From Pristiophorus japonicus (Eukaryota): DNA of 64,000 nucleotides. Of the stretch, positions 1 to 20,404 are shown piece by piece. Made by a program: the position numbers and the translations under genes. Each line of letters starts with the position of its first letter. Position 1 is the first letter of the stretch. The stretch spans positions 129,394,001 to 129,458,000 of the forward strand of contig NC_091980.1 of assembly GCF_044704955.1 (NCBI RefSeq), in the 5' to 3' direction. Under the pieces are notes generated by a model. That model did no database searches and had not been told where the DNA came from. It was given only the letters and a program-made list of their open reading frames with translations.

Positions 1-681
1 GCACAGAAGGAGGCCATTCAGCCCAACGTGCCTGTGCAGGCTCTTTGAAAGAGGGATCCAATTAGTCCCACTCCTCAGCTCCTTCCCCATAGCCCTGCAA
101 TGTTTTTCTTTCCTCCTATATATCTAATTCCCTTTTCAAAGTTACTGTTGAATCTGCTTCCACGGCCCTTTCATGGCAGCACGTTCCAGATCACAACAAA
201 TTGCTGCGTAAAAAAAATTCTCATCTCTCTGCTCTGGTCCTTTGCCATTCATGTTGGTGTTTCTCTGAGATCCAAAGCTGTAATGTCTGGTTTCAGTGCA
301 GAAGTGGTTCAGTCCTGGATTAGCTGATGAGAGGCGTTCGGTGGATTAAAACTCTGCTTTAGATGGGGCAGAGAGGATGGCAATGATTCAGATCCGGAGC
401 CACCAATCACACCACAGGTCCTTATAATTATGAAAGTTTTGATGGAGTGGATAGAGAGAGAGAATGTTGAACCACCTGAATCAAACATGTATCTGGGTAT
501 TTACACCTGTATTGGTCAAAGGATCCATGATGCAGTCACAAAGGGCTTTGAGCAAACTGATGGACATCACATGGTCACACTCAATGGCCACCCCGATGGG
601 CACCAGAGACTTCGATTCAGGCCTGTTACTGGGTCTGAGGGAACCTTTGATTCTTTCCACAGGATCTCTTTGAATTCATCA

Positions 682-1590
682 TGTAATGGGAACCCATCAG
701 TGAGAGATCAGGTAAACTGGTCAGTGCTCAAACCATCATCCTGAAATGAGATAGACCCGGAACTTCGGAACAAAGGAAGTTATTGGCACCCAGACTCGCT
801 GAAGCCTTTGTCCCCAGGAAGAGCCCGGTAACAAAGACACAGGCCAGAGATGTGATTCATGCTCTTCAGTTGGGCCTTCACAGGCAAAGGACAGTTTTTT
901 GGCGCAAGGATTCAGTAACATTTTTTAGGTATAAGAGAAGACAGTTTGCTGCCATCTCTCATTCCTCTTCTACACTTGCTTGCTTCGTTCAACGCATTCA
1001 GGGACCGAGTACTCTGTCTGGGACAGAGAGAATAAACCATCTACGAGAAAAAAGAGCCTCACTATTTTGACTGGGAACCTGACCTTGAGACTCGGACTTG
1101 CAAACCACAGGTTGGTACCGAACCAGAAGATACGACGCATCGGGAGAAGCAGCGAGTAAGCCAGAGGGGTAACTGGTGAGCATTATCCCAGCCCACATAT
1201 CCTTTAGACCACCGCATAGTGTGAAGGGGTGTCGTGTGTCCCATTCAAGCATTAGGAGTTTAGGCATAAGCACAGTCTGTTGGACAGATTGGATCAATAT
1301 TGCACCACTCAATCAGGAGTGTGTTAGTAGTGGATACTTTGCAGTAGGGGCCTGTTCAGATGGGGCAGTGTTGTGTGTTTTACTGTGTTTGTTTCACACC
1401 ACCAGGGTGTTTTATACTGGAAGCAAGTGTGTGCTTTAACTCGAATAAAAGCATTGTGATGGTTGAGACTGAAAGATCTGTCTATAATGGTGTATGCTGT
1501 TCACTACTATAATCCTGGGGTCTAGAAGTGATTAAGGGGGTGGGGGAATGGGGAAGGGTGATTTGAAATAACAGAGCAAAACCACTTACA
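682..1590 (+). mobile_element. Probable solo LTR of about 0.9 kb
   Basis: Termini tgtaa...ttaca, AATAAA at 1444, not present in the paralogous spacer 5985-8300. No clean TSD. Confidence 0.5.
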
Positions 1591-2572
1591 ATACCATGGG
1601 TTCAGGGAGCTCCCACAATGAGCTCAGACATTGCTGGTCTCCACAATCATTCCATGCTACTTTATCCACAAAATTGACCAGAAAGTCTACAGCAGCAGCA
1701 TGGAGTTTGGTTGTGTGAGTGACCTGCAGTGTATCCCACAGGGACAACTCAGTGGGATTGGTAGAAGCTTACTTTAAAATACCTAGACTGTTCTTCCCAG
1801 GGCAGATACCATACTTGAAATTGGATTGTTCCTGGAATTAAATGGTGTCACTCTAATTCATTGTTAAAATGCAAGGAGAGTTTGCCAACATTACAGCAGC
1901 TGAGAGTTTGTTATGTTGAGGGACTAAAGAGAGCTGCCATTGATGCAAAGAGCAGAAAGAATATTTACCAGTAGAAGCAGTTACTGTGGCCCAAGCTCAG
2001 TGTTCACACCCCGAAAATTCTCTTCCCTCCCACCTCCTTTAAGACACACCCTTAAAGCCTCCCTGTTTGACCAAGAGTTTGTTCATCTTTCCTGTCTCAT
2101 TCAAATATACTGACACTCCTGCAAAATGCTTTGGAACATTTACTATGTTAAAGGAGCTATATAATCAGCAAGTTGTGTTACAGCATTTCTCTTCACCTAT
2201 TGTTGCAACACAATATAGAAATGCATGAAGACAATTTGCTCCCAAGGTATAAACAGAATTGAAATTAGATCTTCAACCATGAATATCCAGCTCAATAAAT
2301 TAGACTTACTCCTGAAGGAAAGAGGAAAATAAAGCGGTTACATAGCCCAGTGTAATTCTTGTCTGAAGTAAACCAAATGTTAATCTGAAGAGAAGTAACC
2401 ACTCAAATTTACAAGGAGACAAAACCCAGTCCAATATTGGAAAGTATATTTGCAGTTAATTACATTTCACATCAATAGCCCAGTTCTCACAGCCTGTACA
2501 AATTCACAAGCCATCATTCTCTACAGGACAGAGTCTCACACTTATATAAAACACAAGTACAGAACACAAGAT

Positions 2573-5113
2573 TCAGTCACTCTCCCCTAGGGTGTGCTTG
2601 TCAAACAGGTACTCCCCCACACCATTCTGAGGGGCTCCCAGTCTCTTCAAGTTGGTGATGTGATCGCCAAGCTTCTTGAACATCTTCACTTGTTCATCCA
2701 AGTAGTGGGTCTCCAGGAAGTCACACAACTGAAAGAGGGAAACTAGTTATGGCCAGTAGCAGATATCACACAACATCAGAGCTTCCCCTCGAGGTGGGAT
2801 GTTAAGTCTTGGACTGGAGGAGGGTCAAGTTGGGCAATTGAGATTGATGTAAATTTGCTCTAATGATCCAGTAACTCCTGTACAATGTGAGCTTAGATCC
2901 TAGAATCACTGGGACACATTTACTTCTCGATGTCCACAGTAGGCCAACTTCCTAGTCCTCTCCCCACCCGCTGAAGAACCCACGAGTGACACCGAAAAAC
3001 AAAGGGGGTCATGGGCATGGAGCTCTTTTGAAACAGCTCAAGGACAGCAATGTTCCACCACCTCCAACTTAACCAGAAACCCACATGAGGAACTTACATG
3101 AGGGTCAGTGCTCCCAGTGGAGAGTCTGTGCAGATCCAGCAGTCTCTGGTTCACATTCTTCTCCATCTGCAGAGCTCTCTGCATCACCTCCAGACCATTG
3201 CTCCACTCATCCTGCTCTGGTTTCTGAAGAGGAAAGTCACAGGTAGTTCACTTACAATGGAACAAACAAAATACACAAGACAGAACAAGGAAAATAGTGG
3301 TGAAAAAGCAACCAGACGTCCATGTTACCATAAACAATGTGTCAGAAATATAGAATTACTGCATTCCACCACCAGAACCACGGAATCAAATTGGAACCAA
3401 TTGCTTCAGAAAGTATTTCAAACAATCAATCAGTCCAAGGGGAGCCAGACAGAAGGCCACTCATTTATTGAATCAAACCTTGATGTCAGACATGATGATC
3501 CGTCCTCCACGCCGATTCAAGAATTGCATCAGTTTCTCAGCATGCTCACGTTCCTCGTGTGACTGCTCCTTGAAGAACTCAGCAAAGTGACTCAGGGCAA
3601 CATCATCCCGGTCAAAATAGAAGGACTACAGAGAGAATTTTAAACAGCTTCTTCAGACTTAGATCTTCATACACAATGCAAGATTATTATTTTCCCCTTA
3701 GTTAGCTAATTCTGAGTCTTTCAAAAATAAATACCATTTGTGAACTAGCTAAAGTGCATTTCACTTCACTAATCGGAGTTGGATAACCACTCCTCCCTGT
3801 AACAGGATTAGGGATGCCCAGTAAAACTCAATTCTACTCCTGGACAAGTAATACTTCCGGTCAAACAGAGGCCCCGTCTCAGGTGGATGTGAAAGATCTC
3901 AAGGAAGAGACATTTACACTAGGCCTATATTATCTAGAGTTAAGAAAAAGAATTAGAGGTGATCTCAATGAAACATACAAAATTCTTACAGCGCTGGACA
4001 GGGTAGATGCAGGGAGGATGTTTCCCCTGGCTGGGTAGTCAAGAATAAGACTGAGTGGAGGAGAAATTTCCATTCAGGACTGAGGGGAGGAGAAATTTCT
4101 TCCCTCAGAGGGTGGTGAATCTTTGGAATTCACTACCCCAGAAGAGTATATTCAAGACAGATCAATAGATTATTGGATATTAAGGGAACAAAGGGATATA
4201 GGGACACTGCAGGAAACTAGAGTTGAGGTAGAAGATCAGCAATGATCTTATTGAATGACAGAGCAGGCTCGAGGGGCCAATGGCCTACTCCTATGTTCCA
4301 TGTACTACTGCAGGGAGCTCTCTGCAGTGTCCTGGCTAATACTTATCCCTCAACCAACACCACTAAAACAGATGATCTGATCATTATCTCATTGCTGTTT
4401 GTGGGAGCTTACTGTGCACTTATTGGGTGCAACATTTCCCACATAACAGGTAACTACACTTAACTCCTTCATTGGCTACAAAGCACTTTGGGACATTCCA
4501 AGGTAGTGAAAGGCACTATAGAAATGATTATTCTCCATTCTACTTCAAGATTCAGATAGTGCGAACAATCCTCTACTCCAGTAGTTTACACACCAATAGT
4601 GTAATAGAGATCTCAGCAGTGAGCAAGGCTCCAACACCAGGATTCTCAGTACTTCACCTCCAATTAATGAGAACACTAGTGAGGAGCTGTCCACATTTCA
4701 CTCACTACAGTCCCCCCACTGAAACTGAACATTGTCTCAGGTCAACAGGCCCCTGACCAGGTTTGTGCTCTTCTGTCACACACTCAGGCAGCAGCTGAGC
4801 TGGTTTCAGATATTAAACCTCAATAGAGGGTAGCTGCTACAAGGAGCAGTCCATTAACTCAACAAGATCCCCCTGTATTACACACCTGAAGTCCTCACTG
4901 CCCATAGACTCTTCTCCCCCAGGAAAGGAAGTCCAGAAAAATACAGTTTAAAGACAGTTCATCAAACTGGAGAATTTCCAACTTTTCAGAATACAAAAAT
5001 ACAAGACTCACCATAGAGTGGTAAACTTAGGAGGAACAGAGCTCCATATTGATCTGCTTGTTGACAGCAGCCTCACAGTCCTTGTGGTAGTTCTGACACA
5101 CTTGAGAGGCCAT
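2573..5113 (-). pseudogene. Ferritin heavy/middle-subunit-like gene, copy A1, with a premature stop
   Basis: Four GT-AG exons: 5113-5012, 3625-3479, 3223-3098, 2728-2573 (102+147+126+156 nt). Translation [33 protein letters not shown] / [32 protein letters not shown]... / ...[13 protein letters not shown] at 5029-5027 replaces the Tyr codon of paralogs. The polyA signal reads AATATA (2450-2445). Confidence 0.9.
3865..4535 (+). mobile_element. Deu-domain SINE (SacSINE1/AmnSINE-like) interrupted by a CR1 3' fragment, intron 1 of A1
   Basis: caggtggatgtgaaagatc ... tatccctcaaccaacacc..attgctgtttgtgggagctt..gcactttgggac. Same structure at about 34390-34990 and from about 63750. Confidence 0.6.
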
Positions 5114-5189
5114 CTTCACTATCTATATTATACTATTATTTCTCACAATCACCTGCCACGTTCTAACACTGACCCTTTCTCACACAAGC

Positions 5190-5280
5190 TCCTGTATTTA
5201 TACGACTGGGACAGCCTGAATTCAAAGAAGGAATGACATCACCAATGATGATTGACAATCCCTGAGAGCCAATCAGGAAT
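5190..5280 (-). promoter_or_regulatory. Core promoter of A1: TATA box, CRE-like site, CCAAT boxes
   Basis: TATAAATA on the minus strand at 5202-5195, about 80 nt upstream of the ATG. TGACATCA near 5233 and CCAAT near 5242 and 5269. The same layout occurs upstream of A2. Confidence 0.6.
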
Positions 5281-5309
5281 CTTCCTTGAATCCAGTTACC
5301 AATTAACAA

Positions 5310-5960
5310 AGAAAACATAGAAAAATAGGAGCAGTCGTAGGTCATTCGGCCCCTAGAGTCTGCACCATCATTCAATTTGATCATGGCTGATCCTCTATCT
5401 CAACACCATATTCTTGCTTTTTTTTTGGGGGGGGCGGGGTGGGGCTGAAGCCCAGAGCCAATCAGAGCTTTGGAAAATATGCCATTTGGCCCAATCAGTC
5501 CATGCCGGTGTTTATGTTCCAGTCGAGCCTCGCCTTTCCTCTACATCTATCAGCATAACCCTCTATTCCCTTCTCCATCTTATGCTTGTCTATCCTCCCC
5601 TTAAATGCTTCCATACTGTTCACTTAAACCACTACCTGTGGTAGCGAGTTCAACGTTCTCACCACTCTCTGCGTAAAGACGGTTGTCCTGAATTCCCTAT
5701 TGGATTTCTTGGTGTCTATCATATATTGATGGCCTCTAGTTTTGCTCTTCCCCACAAGTGGAAATATTCTCTCTGTATCCACTCTATCAAACCTTTCATA
5801 ATTATAAGGACCTCTATTAGGTCACCCCCCCGCCCCCCCTCAGCGTTCTCTTTTCAAGAGTAAAGAGACTCAGCCTGTTTATCCATTCACGATAGGTATA
5901 CCCTCACATTTCTGGTATTATCCTTGTAAATCTTTTTTGCACCCTCTTCAGTTGTTCTGT
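5310..5960 (-). mobile_element. CR1/SINE 3' fragments
   Basis: Reverse-complement matches to the CR1 3' ends elsewhere in the window. Confidence 0.55.
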
Positions 5961-8351
5961 AACTGTGCCTCGTCATAGATTCATACAGCACAGAAGGAGG
6001 CCATCATGCCTGTGCAGGCTCTTTGAAAGAGTGATCCAATTAGTCCCACTCCTCAGTTCCTTCCCCATCGCCCGACAATATTTTTCTTTCCTCTTATATA
6101 TCCAATTCCCTTTTCAAAGTTACTGTTGAATCTGCTTCCATGGCCCTTTCAGGCAGTGTGTTCCAGATCACAACAACTCGCTGTGTAAAAACAATTCTCA
6201 TCTCTCCTCTCTGGTCCTTTGCCTTTCATGTTGGTGTTTCTCTGAGATCCAAAGCCATGATGTCTGGTTTCAGTGCAGAAGTGGTTCAGTCCTGGATTAG
6301 CTGATGAGAGGCATTCGCTTGGATTAAAACTCTGCTTTAGATGGGGCAGAGGGAGTGGCAATGAATCAGATCCGGAGCCACCAATCACACCACAGATCCT
6401 TATAATTATGAAAAGTTTGATAGAGTGGATAGAGAGAGAATGTTGACCCACCTGAACCAAACATGGATCTGGGTATTTACACCTGTATTGGTCAAAGGAT
6501 CCATGATGCAGTCACAAAGGGCTTTGAGCAAACTGATGGACATCACATAGTCACACTCAATGGCCACCCCGGTGGGCACTCGAGACTTTGATTCAGGCCT
6601 ATGGTTACTGGGTCTGAGGGAACCTTTGATCCTTTCCACAGGATCTCTTCGAATTCAGTGTCACTCCCTGTGGGGAATCGAGATGGTGATAGGCACAGAA
6701 AGCCCAAGGTGGTGAGATGCTTCCTTGGCCCTTGATGAATTTTCATACAATAGCAAATAAGGTGACTGGAAACTTGGAGAGATGTAAAGACATTAACAAG
6801 GAATGACTGAAGATGGCAATTTTATTGCACGCAGTGCAGTTCTCAAATAATTAATTTATAAACATTGGATAAACAGTTGTAGTGTGAACATTTGAATCCA
6901 TTCCTGCAGTGAAAGAGACACATGGGGATCCAGCAGGATTTGGAGAGGCTGATTGCTATTTGGTATGAAATGCACAAATGGATAAGATTATGGAGGAGCT
7001 GTATTGGGTTTATTAATTTGTGGAAGGGTGTGGTGAGGCAGGAGAAATATCTATTGTTTTTGCTTGGTGTTTAAGTTAACTGCTTTTTGCATTTAATGAA
7101 ATACATTTACTCTTTCCCGAAGAATTACATGTTATTCGAGTGCAATTCATGATTACTTCTCCCTTTAATGCCTTGTACAACTTTTTATACATGTAGGAGT
7201 CGAAGTAGACAGGTTATTCAATCCAGAGAGAGACAAAACAGAGAAAATGTTAAGAACCAAATTCAGTCCTCTCCCCTAAAAGGAATCCACACTTTTTGCC
7301 CCAAGAGGCCAGTAAGTAAATATATTATTTCAGGTGTATTTCACAATCATAGTTACCTTTAGTACCCTGGGTTCAGGGAGCTCCCACAATGAGCTCAGAC
7401 ATTGCTGGTCGCCACAGTCGTTCTGGTCAATTTTGTGGGTAAAGTAGCACAGAAATTCTGCAGCAGCAGCATGGAGCTTGGTTCCGTGAGCGACCTGCAG
7501 TGTATCCCACAGGTACTACTCAGTGGGATTGGTAGAAGCTGACAATAAATACCTAGACTGTTCTTCCCAAGCAGATACCATTCTTGAAATTGGATTGTTT
7601 CTGGGAATGAAATAATGTCACTCTAATTCATTGGCAAACTCTCCTTGCATTTTAATACAGTTACAGCAGCTGAGAGTTTGTTGTATTGAGGGATTAAAGA
7701 GAGTTGCCATTGATGCAGAGAGCAGAAAGAATATTTACCAGTAGAAGCAGTTACTTTGGCCCAAGCTCAAAGTTCACACCCCGAAAATTCTCTTCCCTCC
7801 CCCCTCGTCCAAGACACTCCTTAATACCTTCCTGTCTCATGTGTCTCACTCAAATTGTATTTAGTGACACTCCTGCAAAATGTCTTAGTGAAATGTACTA
7901 TGTTAAAGGAGCTATATAAAATCGGCAAATTGTTGTGTTACAGCATTTATCTTCACCTCTGCTGCAACACAATCACTGAAAGGCAAGAAGACAATTTGCT
8001 CCCAAGTTATAAACCAAATTGAAATTAGATCTTCGACATGCAACACTGAATATCCAGCTCAGTAAATTAAACTTACATCTAAAGGAAAATCGAAAATAAA
8101 GCTGTTACACAGCCCAGTGTAATTCTAGTCTGATGTAAACCAATTCATGTTAATCTGAAGATAAGCAACCACTCGAATTTACAAGGAGACAAAACACAGT
8201 CCAATATTGGGCAGTTTATTTACAGTTAATTACATTTCACACCAAGAGCACAGGTCTCAACCTATACAAAGTCACTAGTCATCATTCTCTACTTGATTGA
8301 ATCTCGCACACAATTATATAAAACACAATAAGCTTGTTCCTGGCAGTCAGT

Positions 8352-11855
<3,504 letters not shown>

Positions 11856-11867
11856 CCTAATTTGCTT

Positions 11868-11900
11868 TTCCAAAATTCTAAGCCTTATTGAAGCAAGAAG
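11868..11900 (-). promoter_or_regulatory. Degenerate iron-responsive element in the 5' UTR of B1
   Basis: Gene strand CTTCTTG-C-TTCAA-TAAGGC-TTAGAATTTTGGAA. The 5' arm matches the ferritin IRE (TTCTTGCTTCAA) but the loop is not CAGUGN. Confidence 0.6.
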
Positions 11901-12149
11901 CTGAGACTTAGCTCATTTCAAACTCCTGTCTTGAAACTGCTGGATAATCCAGGGGTGGACAGCCTAGCTGTGAGTGACATTCCTCAATACCCAATCACAA
12001 GTTGCAGCCTCTGTCAGAGCACCAATCAAGTAAAGGGAGGAGGGGCCATGACTCCCAGCGCCAGTCATGAACTTTGAAGAATGAACATCATTGACTGACT
12101 CTGCTTTTTGCCGGCAATTGTCAATATAAAGTCAAGCATGTACCCCCTT

Positions 12150-12420
12150 TTTAAAGGAGCATAACCAATAAAGACTGCTAAAAAATATGTTAAAGGAAAC
12201 TTAAGAAATTAAATTAAAATTCTATACCCGGGGTGATGATGCACTCCAGTCTCTTCTCTCACGGAAGGCTACGAGCGTGCCGATGGACACCGCATGCTCC
12301 ATCTCCAGGGACACCCGGGCGCGAACGTAGCCGCGGAAGAGAGATGGGCAGTCGGACCGAATGAACACCTCGAACAGCCGCTGCCCGACCCTGTTGATGG
12401 CCCACTTGCCCAGGTTAATT
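12150..12420 (-). mobile_element. Tx1/L1-like LINE 3' fragment (paralogs about 20720-20995, 46340-46615, 55080-55350)
   Basis: KWAINR..DCPSLFRGYVRARVSLEMEHAVSIGTLVAFRER resembles the Tx1 ORF2 C-terminus. Confidence 0.55.
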
Positions 12421-12824
12421 GAAGCCTCCGTTGTTTGCAAGTCAGTGTCTTTTTAATAGTTCTGCGCGGTTCAGTGGGTTGAACATTTTCAGGTATCTGC
12501 GGATGCAACATCCAAAGGCAGACCAGTGAGTCTGCAAAGCAACCGACAGCGGGTCAGGTGACTGGACAGTGCGTGTGAGGAATGTGACAAGCGCAAGTGC
12601 TCAGATACTCCATCACTTCCAAGTTTAGTGAGCACCTGTACACACAGGAGCTAGAATGTGGCGAGGACCGTGGGATTTTGAGTTCTTGTTATGTTACCAT
12701 GACATTTTACAAACAATGAAATGGACTGCTGTCCAAAAAGAAAGAAAGACTTGCATCCGAATATCTCCTTGCATCTAGACTTCATTGTGGCAGCCTTGGG
12801 AACGCTTATCCTATTAGAAAGAAG

Positions 12825-13140
12825 AAATAATTACATTTATATAGCGCCTTTCATGGTCTCAAGATGTCCCAAAGGTCTTTACAACAAATGAAGTATTTTT
12901 GGAAGTATAGTCAATGTTGTAATGTAGGAAATTACAACAATGCGTGCGGCAGACAATTTGCGCACAGCAAGCTCCCGCAAACAGCAGTGTGATAATGACC
13001 AGATAATCTGTTTAGGTTGAGGGATAAATATTGTCAAGGACAACAGAGAGAACTCCCCCTGCGCTTCTTCGAAATACCATCCTGAGATCTTTTATGTCCA
13101 CCTAAGTGAGCAGCGGTCTGGCGCCTCATCCGAAAGGCAG
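12825..13140 (-). mobile_element. Deu-domain SINE fragment (paralog about 47000-47240)
   Basis: Reverse complement of the SINE body at 4305-4530, running directly into the 33-bp array. Confidence 0.65.
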
Positions 13141-13535
13141 CACCTCCGACAGTGTTGGTCTTCCTCAGTACTGCCCCTCCGACAGTGCTGGTCTCCCTCA
13201 GTACTGCCCCTCCGACAGTGCAGCGCTTCCTCAGTACTGCCCCTCTGACAGTGCAGCGCTCCCGCAGTGCTGCCCCTCCGACAGTGCAGCACTCCCTCAG
13301 TACTGCGCCTTTGACAGTGCAGCGCTCCCTCAGTACTGCCCCTCCAATAGTGCAGTAGTTCCTTAGTACTGCCGTTCCAACAGTGCAGCACTCCTCAGTA
13401 CTGCACCTCTGACAGTGCAACACTCCCTCAGTACTGCCCCTCCGAAAGTGCAGCGCTCCTTCAGTACTGTCCCTCTGACAGTGCAATGCTCCCTCAGTAC
13501 TGCACCTCTGACAGTGCAGCACTCCCTCAGTACTA
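13140..13535. repeat. 33-bp minisatellite, about 12 units
   Basis: Unit cagtactgcccctccgacagtgcagcactccct. It explains the 11-aa periodic ORFs in several frames. Confidence 0.92.
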
Positions 13536-14369
13536 CCTCTTGTCTGTCAATATCTAGCTCAATCATCTCTAAATTCTCCACGGTCTCTGCCTCCGCGATT
13601 CCCAGACTCAACTCCTGTGTTGGTGGCTTGTGGCCCAGAGCCATTTAGTTTGTGTTCCCACTGTCGAATTAACTTCCCTTCTCTCATTCTCTTGCATGTT
13701 CCCAAATTTAATGCTATTTCCCACCCAGCAGCGCATCTCGATACCTTTGTATTTGTAGGACTGCCTCGCCCCTATTATTAGATCCATGCAAGTTTTGAAT
13801 GTGTATGTGTTTTTTTTTATGTTTTAAATATCTGAGAAGACACCTTTTGCACTTGTGCATTCTGTCTGATTTTACATGTACTACGGTAATTCTGCAGTAC
13901 ATTCTGATGGGGCTTGACAGGATAGATGTAGGGAGGATGTTTCCCCTGGCTGGGGAGTCTAGAATACGTGCTCACAGTTTCAGAATAAGCAGTCGGCCAT
14001 TTAGGATTGAGATGAGGAGAAATTTCTTCACTCAGTCGGTGGTGAATCTTTGGAATTCTCAACCCCAGAGAGCTGTGGAGGCTGCGTCATTGAATACATT
14101 TAAGGTGGAGATAGATGGATTTTTGAACGATAAGGGAGACAAAGGTTATGGGGAACAGGCAGGAAATTGTTGAGGCCAAGATCAGATCAGTCATGATATT
14201 ACTGAATGGAGGTGCAGGCTTGAGGGGCCAAATGGACTAATCACATGATGTAAACCTCTCTGCCTCCTTTAAGACACTTGACCAGTTCAGCTGTTGTATT
14301 ACAGCATTGCAACACAAGAATGAAATGCATGAATAGAATTTGCAAGATATACGTAGAATTGAAATGAGG

Positions 14370-15490
14370 TCTTCAACATGTCTGGATATCTGTCGTAGAT
14401 TGGGTTTTGTGCAATGAAAAGGGGTTAATTAATTGTCTTTTTATGCAGGGTCCTTTAAGGAAGAGTGACCATAACATGATTGAATTCATGAAGAAATTCT
14501 TCAAGAAGATGGAAAGTGAAGTAGTCCAATCCAAAACTCGGGTCATAAATCTAAACAAAGGAAACTACGAAGGTGTAAGGAATTAATTGTCTATGATAGA
14601 TTGAGAATATTAATTAAAAGTCATGACGATAGATAGTAAACGGCTAACATTTAAGGAACGAATGCATGAATTGCGACATTTATACATTCCTTTCTGGTAC
14701 AAAAACACAAAAGGAAAATTGGCCCAACCACATCTTACAAAATAAATTAAGGGTAATATTCGATCCAAAGAGGAGTTATACAAAATTGCCAGAAAAAATA
14801 GCAAGCCTGAGGATTGGGAACAGTTTAGAATTCATCAAAAAAGGATCAAGAGATTGATTAAGAGGGAAAAATGAGTATGAGATTAAACTTGCAAAGATCA
14901 TAAAAACCGACAGCAAAAGTTTCTACAAGTACGTAAAAAGAAAAAGATATTGAAGATAAATGTAGGTCCTTTACAGTCAGAAACAGGAGAATTTATAATG
15001 GGGAACAAGGAAATGGCAGAACAATTAAATACTTCAGCTGTCTTCACAGAAGAGGACACAAATAACATCCCAGAAATGCTAGGAAACTAAAGGTCTAGTG
15101 AGCAAGAGAAATTAAAGGGAATGAATATGAGTAAGAAAATAGTGCTGGAAAAATTAATGGGACTGAAAGCTGATAAATCGCCAGGGCCCTGATAATCTGC
15201 ATCCCAGAGTATTAAAAGTGATAACCATCGAAATAGTGAATGCATTGGTTGTCATCTTTCAAAATTCTATAGATTATGGAACAGTTGCTGCGGATTGGAT
15301 GGTGGCAAATGTAACCTCACTATTTAAAAAGGAGGAAGAAAGATAGATATCTTGATACAAAAGGCATCAAGGGCTATGGGGTAAAAGCATGAACATGGTG
15401 ATGTTAAAGGATCAGTTTTGATCATATTGAATGGCGGTGCAGGCTTAAAAGACTGAATGGCCTACTACTGCTCCTATATGTTTTTATGAA
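14370..15490 (+). mobile_element. CR1 LINE ORF2 fragment
   Basis: LKADKSPGPDNLHPRVL-like segment and a CR1 3' end. Internally deleted relative to the paralog at 48010-49875. Confidence 0.75.
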
Positions 15491-16012
15491 TATAAATATT
15501 AAAATTAACCCAGCAAAAAGAGAAAAATTATTAGGACTGTTCCCACTGGCAGAAGGGTTGAGAACCAGCAGACACAGATTTAAGGTGATTGACAGAAGAA
15601 CCACAGCGGACATGAGGAAAAACTTTTATGCAGTGAGTGCTTAGTATCTGGACTGCACTGCCTGAGAGGGTGGTGGAGGCAGATTCAATCGTGGAATTGA
15701 ACAAGTAGCTGAAAGAATAAAAATTGCAGTGCTACAGGGAAAGTGCAGGGGAATAGGACTAGCTGAAGTGCTCTTGGCAAGCCAGCACAGGTTCGATGGG
15801 CTGAATGGCCTCGCGGGCTGTAACCAATGTATGACTGTTGCATAGCTGAGTGCAATACTTGTGCTGCAAACAAGTTATGGTAAATGGAAAATAAGCAACC
15901 ACTCAAACTTGCAAGGAGACAAAACCCAGTCCAATGTTGAACAGTTTATTTAGTTAATTACATTTCACATCAAGAGCCCAGGACACCCACACACGAGTAC
16001 TGGTCAGAAGCT

Positions 16013-20333
<4,321 letters not shown>

Positions 20334-20404
20334 CTTAATGTTTTATTTTTTTCAAAGTAAAAAATTTATCAAATTACAAAGGTAACATTGAGCAAAGCTC
20401 AAAC

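Noticed and set aside
3098-3562. Recurrent + strand ORFs (MRVSAPSGE..., [12 protein letters not shown]..., [10 protein letters not shown]...)
   Set aside because: These are antisense shadows of ferritin exons and lose similarity where the exons end.
5027-5029. Stop-codon readthrough or selenocysteine in A1
   Set aside because: The codon is TAA, not TGA, and A1 has other signs of decay (polyA variant, L>H, I>F).
13034-13648. Cys/His-rich periodic ORFs, or a CRISPR-like array
   Set aside because: They are translations of a 33-bp tandem repeat with no unique spacers, in eukaryotic DNA without cas genes.
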